DNA from: Tubiluchus corallicola | Lineage: Eukaryota; Animalia; Priapulida | Direction of reading: 5' to 3' | Length of the DNA: 64,000 nt | NCBI GenBank assembly: GCA_030141605.1 | Contig: JAQGDQ010000140.1 | Location: 186,001 to 250,000 of the forward strand | Shown: piece by piece, positions 1 to 13,825 of the stretch | How the letters are laid out: each line of letters begins with the position of its first letter | How positions within the stretch are numbered: position 1 is the stretch's first letter | The notes under the pieces: model-generated | What the model was told of the DNA's origin: nothing | Databases searched by the model: none | What the model saw: only the letters and a program-made list of their open reading frames with translations | Translations under genes and position numbers: made by a program

Positions 1-613
1 CACCAAATTCAACTGCCAGACCAGCAGAAAATGCATTTCACCTTGTAAAGCATATAGTCTGCAAAATATGACCACTTAGTTACAAAGGAATGACTGTACG
101 ACCATTACGACCGTTAGTGAGCTAGAATTTTTTTTTGTACATTTCAACCCAAGATGGTCAGCAGGCACTCAAGCTGCATGATGAACATATACCAAGGAAA
201 ATAGGTGTGCCATAAATAATTTGATCTAGTGATAGTCCTGTCTGCTGACATTTCTAAACAAGTGGCATAGTTGTTGAGTTTATAGGAAAGAATGTTCTCG
301 CAAAGATTTTCACATATAAGAGGCCCGAGCAAAAACCTAAATTTATGAGCACCGCTTTACATCTAGAAATGTCCAGGGTCAGAAACAGCTGCAAAGTGAG
401 TACTGCAAGCAACTTGATTTAGTAAGGATCAATGAAAATGGATTCTGAGAGCAATGGTAAGTCAAAGAGACCAACAGAAAGGTTTTCCTACATTGTCGTG
501 TGGCAACGGTTTTGCTATATTTAATACTTCTCGGATCCGAACACACGCTGACACAAATCAAATGTAAGACTTCTCTCCGACATAATAACACCTGTATAGC
601 AGAGCACATAGTA

Positions 614-803
614 CAGTCAAACTTTTTTTATACTGCCCACTTTGATGCTCTAAATAAGTTGGCATGAAGCGAGTTTGCCATTTTAATGAGGTGCATTAAT
701 GTATATACACATCTATACGAATATAGACATTTTCTTTTGCCAAAAATCTGAGCATTAAGAAAGGTTGGCATTACAAAGGGGGCGTCATAACGAGGTATGA
801 CTG
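614..803. mobile_element. pogo/Tigger-like (Tc1/mariner superfamily) MITE
   Basis: TA|CAGTCAAAC..TTATA at left and TCATAACGAGGTATGACTG|TA at right (imperfect TIRs, TA flanks); an inverted relative lies at 3606-4169. Confidence 0.7.
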
Positions 804-967
804 TATTACAATGGCAAGAAAGTGGTACAAGCTTCTCTTTATTTGCATTAAAGATGATAAGGTAAACTTGGCCGCATTTCAAAGCCAATTCAAGAGCTGT
901 GTTAAGCAGTACGTCAAACACTTACAACTGGATGATGGTCAGAGTGGTATTGCAGAACAACTAGTAG

Positions 968-1082
968 CAGCATCACCAGCTTACAAGCTTAGAGAATCAT
1001 TGTCAGCTTACAAGCTTAGGGAATCATCACCATCGGCTTACAAGCTTAGGGAATCGTCATCAGCTTACAAGCTTAGGAAATC
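968..1082 (+). repeat. ~30-bp minisatellite, 4 copies (core CAGCTTACAAGCTTAGGGAATC)
   Basis: Direct repeats visible in sequence; they produce the SAYKLRES repeats in ORF 811..1137. Confidence 0.85.
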
Positions 1083-1566
1083 TGACAGATCATTAATGAA
1101 CAGTAGAAGCCGAGTTTGGGCTATTGCAGAACCCTGATAAACACAGACATTGATCTCATATTGATTTCATGCACATAAGGCTGCCCTTCATCAATGACTT
1201 GCTATCTGAGGTTGTTGAGACATTGATGATTTATATAGAAATCAGATTGTAGCCTGTACCATATGATTTATAGTTTCGGGGTAGGCCTTTGTGCAAGACT
1301 TTATCAAAAGCTTCAAATCTTGCTGTAGGCAGTTTCATTTGCCATGCTGATTCTGAGTATTATGTTTACTAAAGTGGGTCTGATCTATAATTACTGAAGT
1401 GAGATGCACTTATAAACTCTATGAGGCATACAGAATTTTACTCAATGTTGTTGTTCGTTATTGACATCGTTTGTAACATTTCTCTATAAGTGACGAAGAA
1501 ACCATAGCTGAGACTACAACATTTCCATTATGTTTCTAAACATTACCCATTTGCATAACCTTACTC

Positions 1567-2059
1567 CAGGGGTGTGCAAATTATCTGACTAACCGGGCCA
1601 CATTAAACTTTCCCGCAATTCCTGCGGGCCACAGGCAGTTTGATCAAGGAGCCAAGTACAGAAAGGCCTAATAACGATTTTTTTGGATCCGACCCACGTA
1701 CATCATTACTACTACACCCAAGAAACTATTTTAGAAGTTATTAAAATTTATATTACAAGCCATATATTTCTACTTTCAGGACAGATAGTGGTAATTTCAT
1801 TACAATGCATATTAGTAATGTGTATCACACAGTCTGTGTAGTACAGTGAAATTAAGCTACAACCATCTTGTAAGGGTTAATGGCATCCGATCTAGTAGAA
1901 AAAACTACCCACACTATCTTTGGGATGGTTGCACGGACTTCAGCTGGATACATTCAATTAATCGCCCGGGCCGCACTTTCATTAGGTTGACAAATCTTTT
2001 CGCGGGCCGCACAAATTCTCTCCGCAAGTGGCCCGCGGGCCGTAATTTGCACACCCCTG
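1567..2059. mobile_element. non-autonomous hAT element (493 bp) with 8-bp TSD
   Basis: Perfect 17-bp TIR CAGGGGTGTGCAAATTA / TAATTTGCACACCCCTG; identical 8-bp target duplication CCTTACTC at 1559-1566 and 2060-2067; GCGGGCC subterminal motifs. Confidence 0.93.
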
Positions 2060-2713
2060 CCTTACTCCACCAGATTTTATACTCTGTACTCTCAGTGGTG
2101 GTTATATACTACACATACAAGTTAAACTGTCTTTCAGTGTTTGAGTTTAATACCTACAAAGAATGATTTTCAAATGGTTAAAGGAAAACCGGACGATCGT
2201 TTAGACTCAATTTCATTTAATTTACTGTCCAAAATATACATTTTTTTGCCCATAAAAGATAACAATTGTTCCTTATATTTGAAGAACTAGCTTAGAAAGT
2301 TAATTAAGGGCAATTGAACACAGCTATTGCTTACATCTTCCTGTGCGCATCAAGCACATTTACATAAGTGTTACAGTACTGTTTAAACGCATGCTGCCAC
2401 GAAAAATAGGCTCTGCATCATATGAGGTAAGAACTAACACGGAGCAGTTCACGATCATGCTTATCACGGTACCGCCTTCTATTTGTCGGCCACGCGAATG
2501 TGACAAAAGGCGCGGCTGCCAATCTTAGTAGATTCACTGAGCCACGCGTAGCTTTCAAAGTTTAATGAAATTTGAGTATCCGAGGTAATTATTATTTAAT
2601 CTAAGCTTTAATTTAAAAAAAAGCTATTGTAGTTTTCAATATTTTAGAGTATTCTTTATTCTGAACTAACGTTTACACAATAATCTGGTTTTCCTTTAAC
2701 TTAATTCTGAATA

Positions 2714-3207
2714 CAGTCATACCTCCGTTGTCGAACATCTCTGTGCTCGTACAAATCGGTTTTCGACCAGAAAATTCAAGCTGAAATTGTCTCCGCTCTC
2801 GACCAGAATTTAGGTACCCGACCAACCGCCAAACACATGATGAACGCATGCGCAAAGAGCCGAGCGTAACCGACCGCGCCTGAGAGTAGTCATGTACAAG
2901 ATTTGAATCGCCTAACATCTATAAGTGCTTATTTTTTCTGCCTTTTCATGCAAGAACAATTATGTTTTTCTTTCTAAGTAATTCTATTATGTTTTTCTTA
3001 TCAATTATATCATATCTACTGTTTAAATAAACATTTTTGCATTATTATATTTCGTTTTAGTAATACTTTACAGTTCATTTGGTGCTTGAGTACGGATTAT
3101 TGGCTTTTACATTATTTCTTATGGGAATAAATGATTCGGTTCTCAACCAAATCGATTTTCAAACACTTTTTAGGAACGAATTATGGTCGAAAACAGAGGT
3201 AAGACTG
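2714..3207. mobile_element. pogo/Tigger-like non-autonomous DNA transposon
   Basis: TA|CAGTCATACCTCCGTTGTCGA ... TCGAAAACAGAGGTAAGACTG|TA, about 21-bp imperfect TIRs with TA duplication. Confidence 0.85.
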
Positions 3208-3605
3208 TAATAAAAACGTTGATAGGTGAAAGAATCATGTGTGCATGGTGCAATCAATGAGACCTTGCTAAGGTTGTTGATTCTTGTAATTCATAAATTA
3301 AACTTTTATTTATTTTGTTTTAATAGATGCCAATTGGCTATAAGTTGACTACAAATTGTATTAAACTAGAGAATATAGTTACTTATACAGCATAGCATTA
3401 AGCATCTACAACAGCATTAATAAGGGCCGAAACAGTTTTGAAACACTGTACAAGTACAAACCTAGATTTATGTTAAATAGGATCTAGGTCACTATTATTA
3501 TTATTATAATGAAGACAAAGAAATAAAGACGGACAGCTATGAATAATCATGAATGCAATAATTAAATTAAAGTAGTATGTAAATAAATACATACTATGTG
3601 TCGTA

Positions 3606-4169
3606 CAGTTAAACCGCGTTATAACGCCCCTTTTATAATGCAAACCTCGTTTAATGCCCAAATTTTCTGCGAAACAAAATATTTATATTTGCATAATTAT
3701 CTATACTCTTATATTAATATTCTTGGTATATTTATATATATATATAAGATTCGAGGCTACAGCCCGGACGAGGGCACCATTTGCGGCGATCTATATATCA
3801 AACGAAAGGTCTCGATCTAGTGTCGTGCCATTGATACTTTATTTTTCGAATTGGGCCCACCGGGAGGGAGGGAAGGCGAAAAACCTCCCAAAATGGCCGT
3901 TTTTTGCAAAAAGTTATACGGCTGAGATGTAGAGAACGGGAACGGGCCGAGGGGGTTGCTGGGTATGGATAGATAGCCCGTTCAGCAGTGGGTGTAGTAG
4001 GCATATCTAGAATTTGCGAAAGGGCCACGGGGTCCCGCAACGGGCATTTTCCCAGACCCAACTCGCGATTTTTTCGAAATTATGATTTATGTATTAATGC
4101 AACTCGTTACAATGCCAGTTTCGCTATAATGCCAACACCTTTGCAGTCCCAAGGTAGGAGGTTTGAGTG
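3606..4169. mobile_element. Tigger-like MITE interrupted by a Helitron-like insertion
   Basis: 3606-3699 and 4083-4169 match the reverse complement of the 614-803 element; TA flanks; foreign sequence from 3700 to about 4082. Confidence 0.7.
3700..4082 (+). mobile_element. non-autonomous Helitron-like element (nested)
   Basis: Starts A|TCTATACT (Helitron-type 5' TC); first ~120 bp match 38478-38593; GC-richer interior; 3' boundary approximate. Confidence 0.6.
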
Positions 4170-4242
4170 TATATACCTATGTACAATAACGGAATCATAA
4201 ATAATGCAATAATAATTTACAAGGTAATTTCACATTTCATAC

Positions 4243-4341
4243 CTGAGCATTAAGTATGCGATGGCAACATCTGTGCAGAACTACAGCATAACTGCGTAGC
4301 ATGCTAGCATCTTGCTCAAATACTCCGAGTAATGAACGTGT
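4243..4341 (-). CDS. APPL1: APPL1/APPL2-like adaptor (BAR-PH-PTB), coding exon 2
   Basis: tag|...|gtatga; 99 nt, phase 0-0, TRSLLGVFEQDASMLRSYAVVLHRCCHRILNAQ, closely resembling the human APPL1 N-terminus as I recall it (TRSLLGVFEED...HRIYDAQ); downstream exons lie left of the window. Confidence 0.88.
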
Positions 4342-6053
4342 CTACGAACAATAAATGACATAGTATTAGCAAAGTATAAAACACAGACCATTCATTTTCC
4401 ACTGCGAATATTATACAGTGTGCAAGCAAGATCAGTTAACAGGAAAACGGGAACATTAAAATGACACCATGGTGATGTAAATTTTTACGAACAGCACAAA
4501 CTTTTAAATGAAAACTGTTCAATTTGCATTAAAAATTACATAAAAACAGGTTGAACAAGCCCAAATTATCATTACAATAAAGAAATAAAAGTGTCATCCT
4601 CGCATATTTTGTTATTTTTACTGACTGCACATAATTTATTGCAAAAATTTTTGTAGTTTATTTTTAATTTTATGTGCAAGTTATTCATTCAAATACAAAT
4701 AAAGATGAATAAAGCTAGCACTTGACACTGTAGGAGGCTAGCAAACTTTACAATTATGAAAAACATTTGCGTGCATTAAGTTTAATAAAAAAAACTAATT
4801 TAGAAGTATATATTTGCTATGTTACAATCAGTCTCAAAAATCTGTAAACAACAAGAGTTATAAACAAAATATTAGATAGGCAGATAGATAATTTATTTAT
4901 CACCCTGAATTGTGCAAGTACATAAATCAATTAATAGTTAATACAAACAAAATGATAGAGGAGAACGGGGATGAAAAACCTTAAAATTATCAAATCAGCC
5001 ACGCTTTAGATGGGGTGAATTTAAATTTGAACATAACATTGCAGACAGCATACAAATTTATTAACACCACAACATGACAAAAACAAACAGTACAATACAA
5101 TTCTAATATTAAAAGAAAAGTAAAAAAAGCATTATATGAATGTGTAAGCAACTACATGTAGCATGATGGCAATATGTATATGGATTTCATCATCTTTTGT
5201 TTTTTTAATTAATAACGAAGATTATTTTTATTGTATTAATTACTTATACTAAAACAGCATCAATTTTATACAAATAAAAGATAAATAATAATAATGTGGT
5301 TTAATGCATTTTGGCAGTTTACATTTTTGAAAGTAGAACTGCTATTTTCATAAATTGGTTTTTTATTATCAATTTACAATTAGTGTTTATACAGTTTATA
5401 ACTTGAACTGAACTGACGGAACATTCAGTTTTTCAGATCTCAACATAAAAAAACTTTTTTCTGACATCTTAGGTGTGATCTATATAGTACAGTATTAACT
5501 GGTGAAAGTAAGAATCAAATATATGCAATTCTTCCAATTCTAATATGTTTCCTAGGGGATAGTTTTTTCCAAGACTCAAGTCTGTGTTTGTCACAAATTG
5601 GTAAGTTTTGCATTGCTAAATATTATATTGTATTTATTATCTGCAAGATTTCAGCTAAAACAGTGCAAGTTTATGCACAAAAATAAATCAACAAATCTAA
5701 ATGAAAACAATTGACAAAAATAGTATTTAACAAAATTATTATAAAAATCCTCACAGGTGACCTGGCATAAGCCACAGCTTCTTAGGTCTCCCTGCATTAT
5801 TTCTTTGAAATTTTTAATAAGTGATCATTTTCACATAATTATTTCTATAACTTGTAAATTTACGTGTCAATTAATGTGATTGTAGTACGTGCGTTATATC
5901 AATAAATTATTTCGAATTGAATTTTGATTTTACAGCCCACATAACTATTAGTTCACAAGAGCTTTAATTTGATCATGATTATTCTAATATTTCTATTAAC
6001 GATTTACATTCACAGTTTTGTACAAAAAATTATAAATCTGCAATGGCTCAAAC

Positions 6054-6107
6054 CTGGGGGGCGTCATCGAAGGCATCCTCGAAGTGAAGCTTTGGGATTT
6101 CTGGCAT
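6054..6107 (-). CDS. APPL1: APPL1/APPL2-like adaptor, coding exon 1
   Basis: ATG at 6107; MPEIPKLHFEDAFDDAPQ|gtttga, 54 nt, joins exon 2 in frame; resembles APPL1 MPGIDKLPIEETLEDSPQ. Confidence 0.87.
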
Positions 6108-6390
6108 GGTTTAAACTCCCAATTCGTTTAAAATAACCACAATATCGACTCACTCACAAAACCGGCTTCGCGGCGTTAATACCAATCGATTAAATTCAGC
6201 AATTTTCATAACATTTCCAGCCGAAAGATTTGCATAACTCTTGTCTGCAGCAGCAACTAAATTATTTAGGCAAGCAACTACAAAACAGCTGCCGCGTACC
6301 CATCTAAAACGATCGACTTGCAGCTTCATGCTAGACTTTGCCACGACCATTTCAGTATTGACTTTGTTTCATCATTTCATATATGGAGCA

Positions 6391-6510
6391 AGCAGGTAAA
6401 AATGGCACGGGAAAAATGCCACGGTAAAATTGCTACAGGAAAAGATGACATAGGAAAAATGGCACACATGGAAAAGTAGGTAAAAATGGCAGTGGAAAAA
6501 ATGGCACACT
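6391..6510 (+). repeat. GGAAAAATGGCAC-type short tandem subrepeats, probable transposon end
   Basis: About 7 degenerate copies of GG(A/T)AAAAATGGCAC. Confidence 0.55.
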
Positions 6511-6863
6511 TAGTAAAACAAAGGTTACAGTGGTGTATAAGTATTTTAATTATTCTTACCTCTGGAAAGTTCTGCTTCAACACAGTTTGTTTGGTTGCTT
6601 TTGACAGTTATGGTAGTAAGCCTATTATGCAAAAACTGTCTATTATTGATTATAAATCCGTTTAAAGAACAAATATTTTGTGAGTCTTTTGCTAGCCTAT
6701 ATAATACCATTATTGCTAGCCAATACAATTATCATTTTTTCATTATTACTAACTATCATCCCATTTCTCACCACTACCATCAATATTGTTTATCTTACAG
6801 AATGTGACAACCAAAGGATATTATGAACATAAAAACATAAAATAAGTTCGTGAAATTTACACA

Positions 6864-6869
6864 TTTATT
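6864..6869 (-). terminator. candidate polyadenylation signal of PSMD6
   Basis: AATAAA on the minus strand about 325 nt after the stop codon. Confidence 0.45.
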
Positions 6870-7193
6870 GTAAAGCAAACCAATCAGGCATTGTTAATAA
6901 TATACTTTTTTAACACAATACTTTTTGTAGCATGTTAATTACATGCAAATGAAACTCATCATTTCACAGGCTCCTGAAACGGTGGTTTACAATCATTAAA
7001 ATTTTTACTGAAAAATCAGGAAAACTGAGTAATGAAAAAGTGAGTACAACAGTTTTGCTATTTAATCATGCACTTTGAAGCACTGCCATACTTTAAACTG
7101 CAGCTTGTACTGCCATATGGAAAAAATACTATACAGTTTCAACTGATAAGTAAAAATGTAATAAATATTACATAAAAAGTATTATAAAACACA

Positions 7194-7368
7194 CTAAATG
7201 TTTATTACTCGACTCAGTTTTTGTATTCTGTTCAGCAGAATGTCGCCATGTTTAATCGTCGCTTGGTACTGGTAATTCTTGCTGTCTGGCCTATTAGTCT
7301 CAACAATCCCTCCAACTTTGTCAATCTTACAGTGTAACCGTCCTTGAGCAATAAATCGTGATAGCTCT
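7194..7368 (-). CDS. PSMD6: 26S proteasome regulatory subunit Rpn7, exon 7 (terminal)
   Basis: tttccag| then [57 protein letters not shown]; PCI-domain C-terminus; 175 nt. Confidence 0.96.
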
Positions 7369-8413
7369 CTGGAAAGAAACGAGGAAATTTCACTTGCAAT
7401 CTGCATACTTGCACAATACTGTTGCCAAACTAGTAGTAGTAATAATTTATTGACTGCAACGAGTTATAAGCAGAACAATTTTACAGTCCAATACAGTACA
7501 ATAAGCAGATACAGTTTACCATCCAAACTCTACTTACATAAATAGCAAACAGAAACTAGCTTGATGTATATCAGTTTTGTAACAACACAAAGCAACGTCT
7601 TACAGTCCTTGCTTTAACCTTTAGAGTGCAAGTAAATAAATTTCGTAAACAACTAAAATATAATTCAGGATAATCCTGATGCACATTCTCTGTATTAACA
7701 CATTCATAAATAAAAGGATATTCTGGCTGTACTAAGCCACAGCCACATAATCTGAATGTATCCTAGATCAGCTACTAGTTTCTATACGAAGATTATCAGC
7801 TGAGAGGCAAAGCCTTGTCATCTGTATTTTATGATATTCTTTTACGTCTAATGAAGGATTGGCATAAACAACTAATACACTTAAATCAGGGTTAAGGCGA
7901 TTTCTACACCACAAATTATGATAGGTCTCAATGTCATACACCGAACTACAAAAGCACCATGTTTTGATAAAAAGAGGGGAGACATGAATGGAAAATTCAT
8001 TAATATGTTCATTCGAGTTCTAGCACATAAAAACTAATATGTGTACAACTGTACATTAGCATGTAGTAAATACAGCAAGACATAGAGCTCAAAAATAAAA
8101 TTCTTATTACTACGGATATGTGAAGTATTTAAACATTAATTACAGTGGTGGCGTAAGCTTTCATAATTTCATGGTCTAATTATTTCAAAACTGCCAACTC
8201 AAAAATAGTTTCTTTATTTTATTTACGCCTTCACCAAAAAACATAAAATTAATAATAAGACATTTTCTTTTATGTCACTATGTAACACCCAAAAAAATAA
8301 TTTAAAGTTAACGTAAATTTTGAATTATAAGAAATTAAACAGCTTCATGTTTAAGGATGCCACCGAAATTCCGAAAAAATTTCCCAGAATATTTAAAACC
8401 ACTAGAAACTTAC

Positions 8414-8582
8414 TGATCAATGAAGTTAACTGTAACACCAAAAGCTTCAGCCATATAGTTTAGAGTCAAACTCTGATACGATTCTAACAGCTGTGCATAA
8501 GCGAGAATCCGCATCTCTCTAACGTAGTATCGATAATGGGGGGCAAATAAGCGATCCTCCTTCAACAGAGTTTCAATTTGTG
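8414..8582 (-). CDS. PSMD6: Rpn7 exon 6
   Basis: gcag|...|gtaagt; 169 nt; [26 protein letters not shown]. Confidence 0.96.
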
Positions 8583-10024
8583 CTGCAACAAAGAAAGACA
8601 AAAAGTTACGCGTTAAATTCAAATTAAGATTAACTCCTTCAGGACTGCAAAAGATAGTTGCATTTTGCATCGGTTTATGAAAAACTGCTCTCAATATGCA
8701 AGAATTACGTTATATTTGACAATTTTTGCAGGTTTCTACTTGTCTCACGATGGATCTTCATACAAAATTATATTTGAAATGTATTTGCTTACCATAGACA
8801 AATTAAAAATCGATTTCAGGCGAAAATTTTTTAAAAAGCTTGCAGCAAGTGCAGTGTTTGCACTGTAACAATGTACATATCACTTGTGCGAAATTGACTA
8901 ATGCAAATATTTCAACTATCCAGACACAATACTCTGAAACACTTTGGAATTAAGCATACTCTTGTTAAAAGATGAAACGACCTTAACTTCTCCTTGGCTG
9001 ATCGGTTGGTTTTTCCTGGAATAGCAGCAGAACATTGCACAGCTTGAGCTGTATCAAGCAGGTGATCAATAAATTCAAATAAAAATCAATAAATAGTATC
9101 ACTAATAAATAAAATTATCAAGCGTTTTAGTTCTGTATACTTAAATTGGCTGCTGGTTAATAAAACACAAGTTTGTTTGAAATAATGGTTCAAAAACAAG
9201 TGAGATGCGACAGATAAATATATTACTGTGACAAACATATTTATCTATGCAAGCTGCACATGGCCGGGAAAGTGACACTAAAAATACGGTACAGGGCATT
9301 TGACATTTGTGCGTGAGTATCAAAGTGTATAAAGAGGTTTCTATACTTTGTCAGTATGTTTCAGAATGAAGAGAGCCGTTATTGCCAAACAAAAGTGCAA
9401 GAAAATGATTCGGCGTATGCCAAGTTTATAATTTTACATAATTCTTTTTATCCCCTTCTTTACGCAGTTACATAAATAAACAGAAAAGAAAAGTGAAGTG
9501 ATTTTTAAAGGTAAGCAATAAGCAATTATATGTGCCAAATGCAATATTCCTAGAATAATATACATATGATAATGATAAAAACAAATTTTTCGCATCGATG
9601 CAATAATCGATAATTATCGATATGTATCATTATTGTTAACATTCCTACAGTAGATTTTATGAGAGGAAAATAAGCAAATTTGGATATTAAATCAGTTCCA
9701 CTGGTGAAGGCCGGGATTTTGCTATCTTGTTACTCACTAGCAAGACTTTTCATTGAGTTTTCATTGAACTTAGCAGCTTAACCTGTTATTCGAAAACACT
9801 TACGATAATTATTGAAAATAAAATGACAAAATGATGGTTATTTTATATCTGAACTCGTAATAATGGACCACAAAATTGCATATCAGGGTGAGACAGTTTC
9901 ACATATGGCATAATTTTTACTGAAATACTGTACAATATATCAATAAAAACATCAACTACAGAAATCTTGAAAAGTTGTGCTACGTTTTTTCAATATAAAA
10001 AAGTAAAGTAATAAATGGGGATAC

Positions 10025-10133
10025 CTAAAGACTTGAAAAACTGGTCATACTGGCAGTTGTAAAGTGAAAATAGGTACTGCCTTACTGATGGTATGCCATG
10101 TAGAACCTCCAGTATTTCAGCACCTTTCACTAC
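10025..10133 (-). CDS. PSMD6: Rpn7 exon 5
   Basis: tttacag|...|gtatcc; 109 nt; [36 protein letters not shown] (below the ORF-track cutoff). Confidence 0.94.
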
Positions 10134-12015
10134 CTGTAAAAGTACAAGTTTACTGTAATTGAATTACATAAGCATACAGGATGCAATGCGATAACCTTTT
10201 TGACACAGATTTTTGCTCATGTGCCAGCTAAACAAACGCTGTTTTTTCAACCTTGTTGTACATAGATTTAAATTTAACAAGCTCAAATTTTTGTTTTAAA
10301 CAAACTCGTCTTGCTCTGGTGTGCAGGCTTTGTACAAGGACTGTAGCAGACAATACCAGATAAACAAGCAGTCACTTTTCCATGAGTCATTTAGTAATTG
10401 TTCACTAAGACTACCCATTACACAGTTTGCGTCGTGCAAAAACTACCATGTGCGGGCAAATTTGTCTGTGAAGATGTATGTCAAACAGTTTGTTGCAGAC
10501 AGATCAATATACTGTGCACGACTAATATTAGGTAATAGAAATGTTATAACAAAAATAAAGACAAACAGGACCAGCAGTACTATAAAACTGAAAAATTATA
10601 ACACTAACACTGATTTTGACTCCTACAGGCTATAAAGATGGCCTCCTATAGACTCTAATGAGATTTTAATTATATTCCTACAGCATATCTTCATGCATAG
10701 CATGTCTTAATGTTTATTCCATGTTTTAGCAGAACAACTTCCTAAAAACTAAGCTTAATTGCACATCATGACAAAATGTATCCAAGTCTTTCATGGATTT
10801 ACTTTTAACATTCAGTACTTAATCTTAAACAAGAAAGAAAGAATGTTTGACCATAGGCACACAAGCCAATTTTTCCAGGCAGAGGATCTGAACCACTTTT
10901 GCCTGAAAAATTCAGTGTCTACTTCGAGTCAGGAACTGCCTCACTCCACCCCACGATAAAATGAATGCCCAGATTTCGGGACTTGAATTGGCGGCATGGA
11001 GGAATCTCAAGATTTACTTTTATGAAAAATATTATTTTATTTCTTTCATCATTTGGCGGATGCTGGGAAAAAATGTGTTTACCTGAATCTGGGGGCTCAC
11101 CCCCATGCATTTTATAAGCCATTTTCCATGTTTTATACTAACAGAAACAAAACTAACAACACAAAAACAAAATGACAAAACATGCAGCACTATTTACATT
11201 TTAAAACATAACAACATTTTTAAACAGCCTTTCTATAGATCTAGAGATATCTCAAACAAATTACAGCTACTGTAAGTCCTTGCTTAATGATGCTATTATG
11301 TTCTTGCAAATGAGTTAAACGAAACCAAGGCTTCCATAGAAAGCAATGTAAAAAAATGAGATGCTTTCCAGAGGCAAAAAATAATGCTGCTTAATTCATA
11401 TAAATTAAATGTTTTATGAGTTTTGTTCATATTTTTACTGATTAATTTCTTTGAAATTGCTTGAAACTACCTATCTTTCTTATCAGTACCTAGCTAGCAA
11501 TTTCTCTTTGTTGGCTGGTCCTGAAGCCCTAGGCAGTAGTGGTTGAACACTGCATGGTAAAAGCCATGCCCTGGGGTGGCATTGGGACAACTTCATCTAA
11601 ATGCTGGCTGCTATAGTAACAGGTTACAGGCAAAATTCGCTTATACAAAGCTTGCACCCAGGTGCCTGGAGGCATACATATCGCAAATAGATCTTTCTTA
11701 ACTTACTCAGCACAAATGGCTAACATTTAGCAATCTGTCGGGAAGTAAAAATATAAATAATGTTGTACAGTTCTATGTTAGTAGTGAATGTTTTTAATAT
11801 TATTTAATATATATTAATAACGTATTTTTTAATAATAAAATACTATTTTAATGCTTCAACAAAACTTGTTGCTAAAATAAAAACTTGTTTTGAGCGAAGT
11901 CAAATGAGAAAAAGGTGTCAAATGTTCAAGCACAACATTGCTAAATGGAGATTCATTAAGCGAGGACTTACTGTAGTATAAACTGGCAGGAATGACACGA
12001 TAGCAAGCTACACAC

Positions 12016-12235
12016 CTTTTCTCTCAAGTCTGTCCGAGGGAGAGCTATCATACAAACGTAGACAGTGTACTTGACAAACTGTACATACTCCATCAGCTCA
12101 TAGGAAGTAAACGTTGAGATAGTGTCTAGAAACATCTCAGCAGCTTTCTTAAAATCGCGTATCGAGATAGCATAAATGCCCTGATAGACCTTCAATCGAT
12201 TTCTCCTGTCCCAGTCTCCACCTTCTTCTATTAAC
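12016..12235 (-). CDS. PSMD6: Rpn7 exon 4
   Basis: tttag|...|gtgtgt; 220 nt; [19 protein letters not shown] signature. Confidence 0.97.
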
Positions 12236-13129
12236 CTAAAACATTTCATCGAACAAAATAATAATGAATCAATGACAGAAATCATCGCCTGAGTGATAAA
12301 AGAAATCTGTTATCAATAAACTAGATACAAGATCGAAAAAGTGATTATTGGTAACTTTTCCATTATTTCAAGAGTGAACAAGTAATTAAATTTCATATAT
12401 CATAGTAACTATTACATTAAGGATATTTAGCAGTTGCAAATAAAATTGATAATATGTTTGAATACAACACTTTTACTGTGTGAGTTTCCATGAAGTTTAT
12501 AAGCAAGCAGACTAATTACTAGACAAAGTTTGTAGTGATGGGACATTGGTTACACCTTCATATTCAATAATCTAGTTACATCTGCAATCAAATATAATTT
12601 CATAAAGCTAATTTAGAAGAAAGCAGGCATGCATGAAAACCACGCATTCGTGCTTATGAGAAACCCTCGTGTCTAAGCAGTAGCAACACCATTGCGTTTA
12701 AGCTTTTGCGCAAAGGTAACGCAGCACAATATCATTTGATCATCACATAGCTCATCGCATGATCGCAAGCAATAAAGGCGGTATTTGTCATGCGATTTTT
12801 GCCGATTCTCCAAAAAATAAATTGAAAATGATATTGGTAAAACAATTGATTTAAATTGATCAGCAACATATCATCATCATATATTAATTGATCCCATCAC
12901 TGCAATTTTTTGGCATAACAGGAGTGACAGAGTTTAAATACTATGAAAGCTTCATCGCTTTTGCAATTGTAGTACTACCATCTTCTAGAGAATTTGTGAA
13001 AAAGATCAAGTATAATAAAAAGCAGTGATGCATGTACTCAGATAAAAATCTCTGTAGGACAGTGAATTGAGGATATGATGTAATCCACTCTACATAACTC
13101 CAGGTTAGAAATAAACTAAACAAACAACT

Positions 13130-13759
13130 ACAATAAACTGCATATTGGTTGCAAATTTGGCTGCATATAACTCGAACATCTTGAGACTGAATTATGCTCG
13201 AAAATTTGTTCGAATTATGTTAAAGTACGAATTAGAAGATGTTCATAAGAAAAGAAGATTGAGTCACTCATCAACGTCGGACTCAACACTACAGCCTGTG
13301 AAAACAACACACAGGATCTTTAATCACATATCAAATAAGAATTTTTATGAATGATCACAAACAAAGTGACTGGTCCACGTCTATCGCAGGCTATAGTAGC
13401 ATGGTTAATAGAATTCGGCAAAAATAATTATTGTGATCTACATTATACAATGTTCGTTAAGCCATGTTCTGTGCAGCGTTCTACTAAGGTAATACAAGAA
13501 ATCTTAGCAGTTTTGCTGAAAGAAGCAGTTAATGTGGTACACACTTTCGCGCAGGATTTCTCGCTTGGGAGGCTGTTCGAGACACGCGAGGTAATTTCAG
13601 TCAGATTCAGTACTGGAATTCGGTTCGAGTTGTCCGATAATTCACATTACGTGATGCTCAATAAAGATAAAGGGAATATCTTTTCCACAAGATCCGTTCG
13701 AGATATGCAAGAATTCCATATTCAAGTTATACCAATTCGAGTTAAACGTAGTTTACTGT
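13130..13759. mobile_element. degenerate pogo/Tigger-like non-autonomous element in PSMD6 intron 3
   Basis: Left TACAATAAACTG...TAACTCGAAC, right TTCGAGTTAAACGTAGTTTACTG; repeated TTCGAG subterminal motifs. Confidence 0.55.
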
Positions 13760-13825
13760 TAAGATAAACTATACAACATACCTCACCATTTATCTAGTCT
13801 AAACTATACAAATGACTATACTTAC

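Noticed and set aside
811-1137. 108-aa ORF with SAYKLRES repeats
   Set aside because: Repeats come from a 30-bp minisatellite; the ORF is antisense within the APPL intron next to a MITE and has no recognisable domain
13145-13767. ORFs of 69 and 138 aa in PSMD6 intron 3
   Set aside because: Fall within a Tigger-like non-autonomous element and show no transposase motifs
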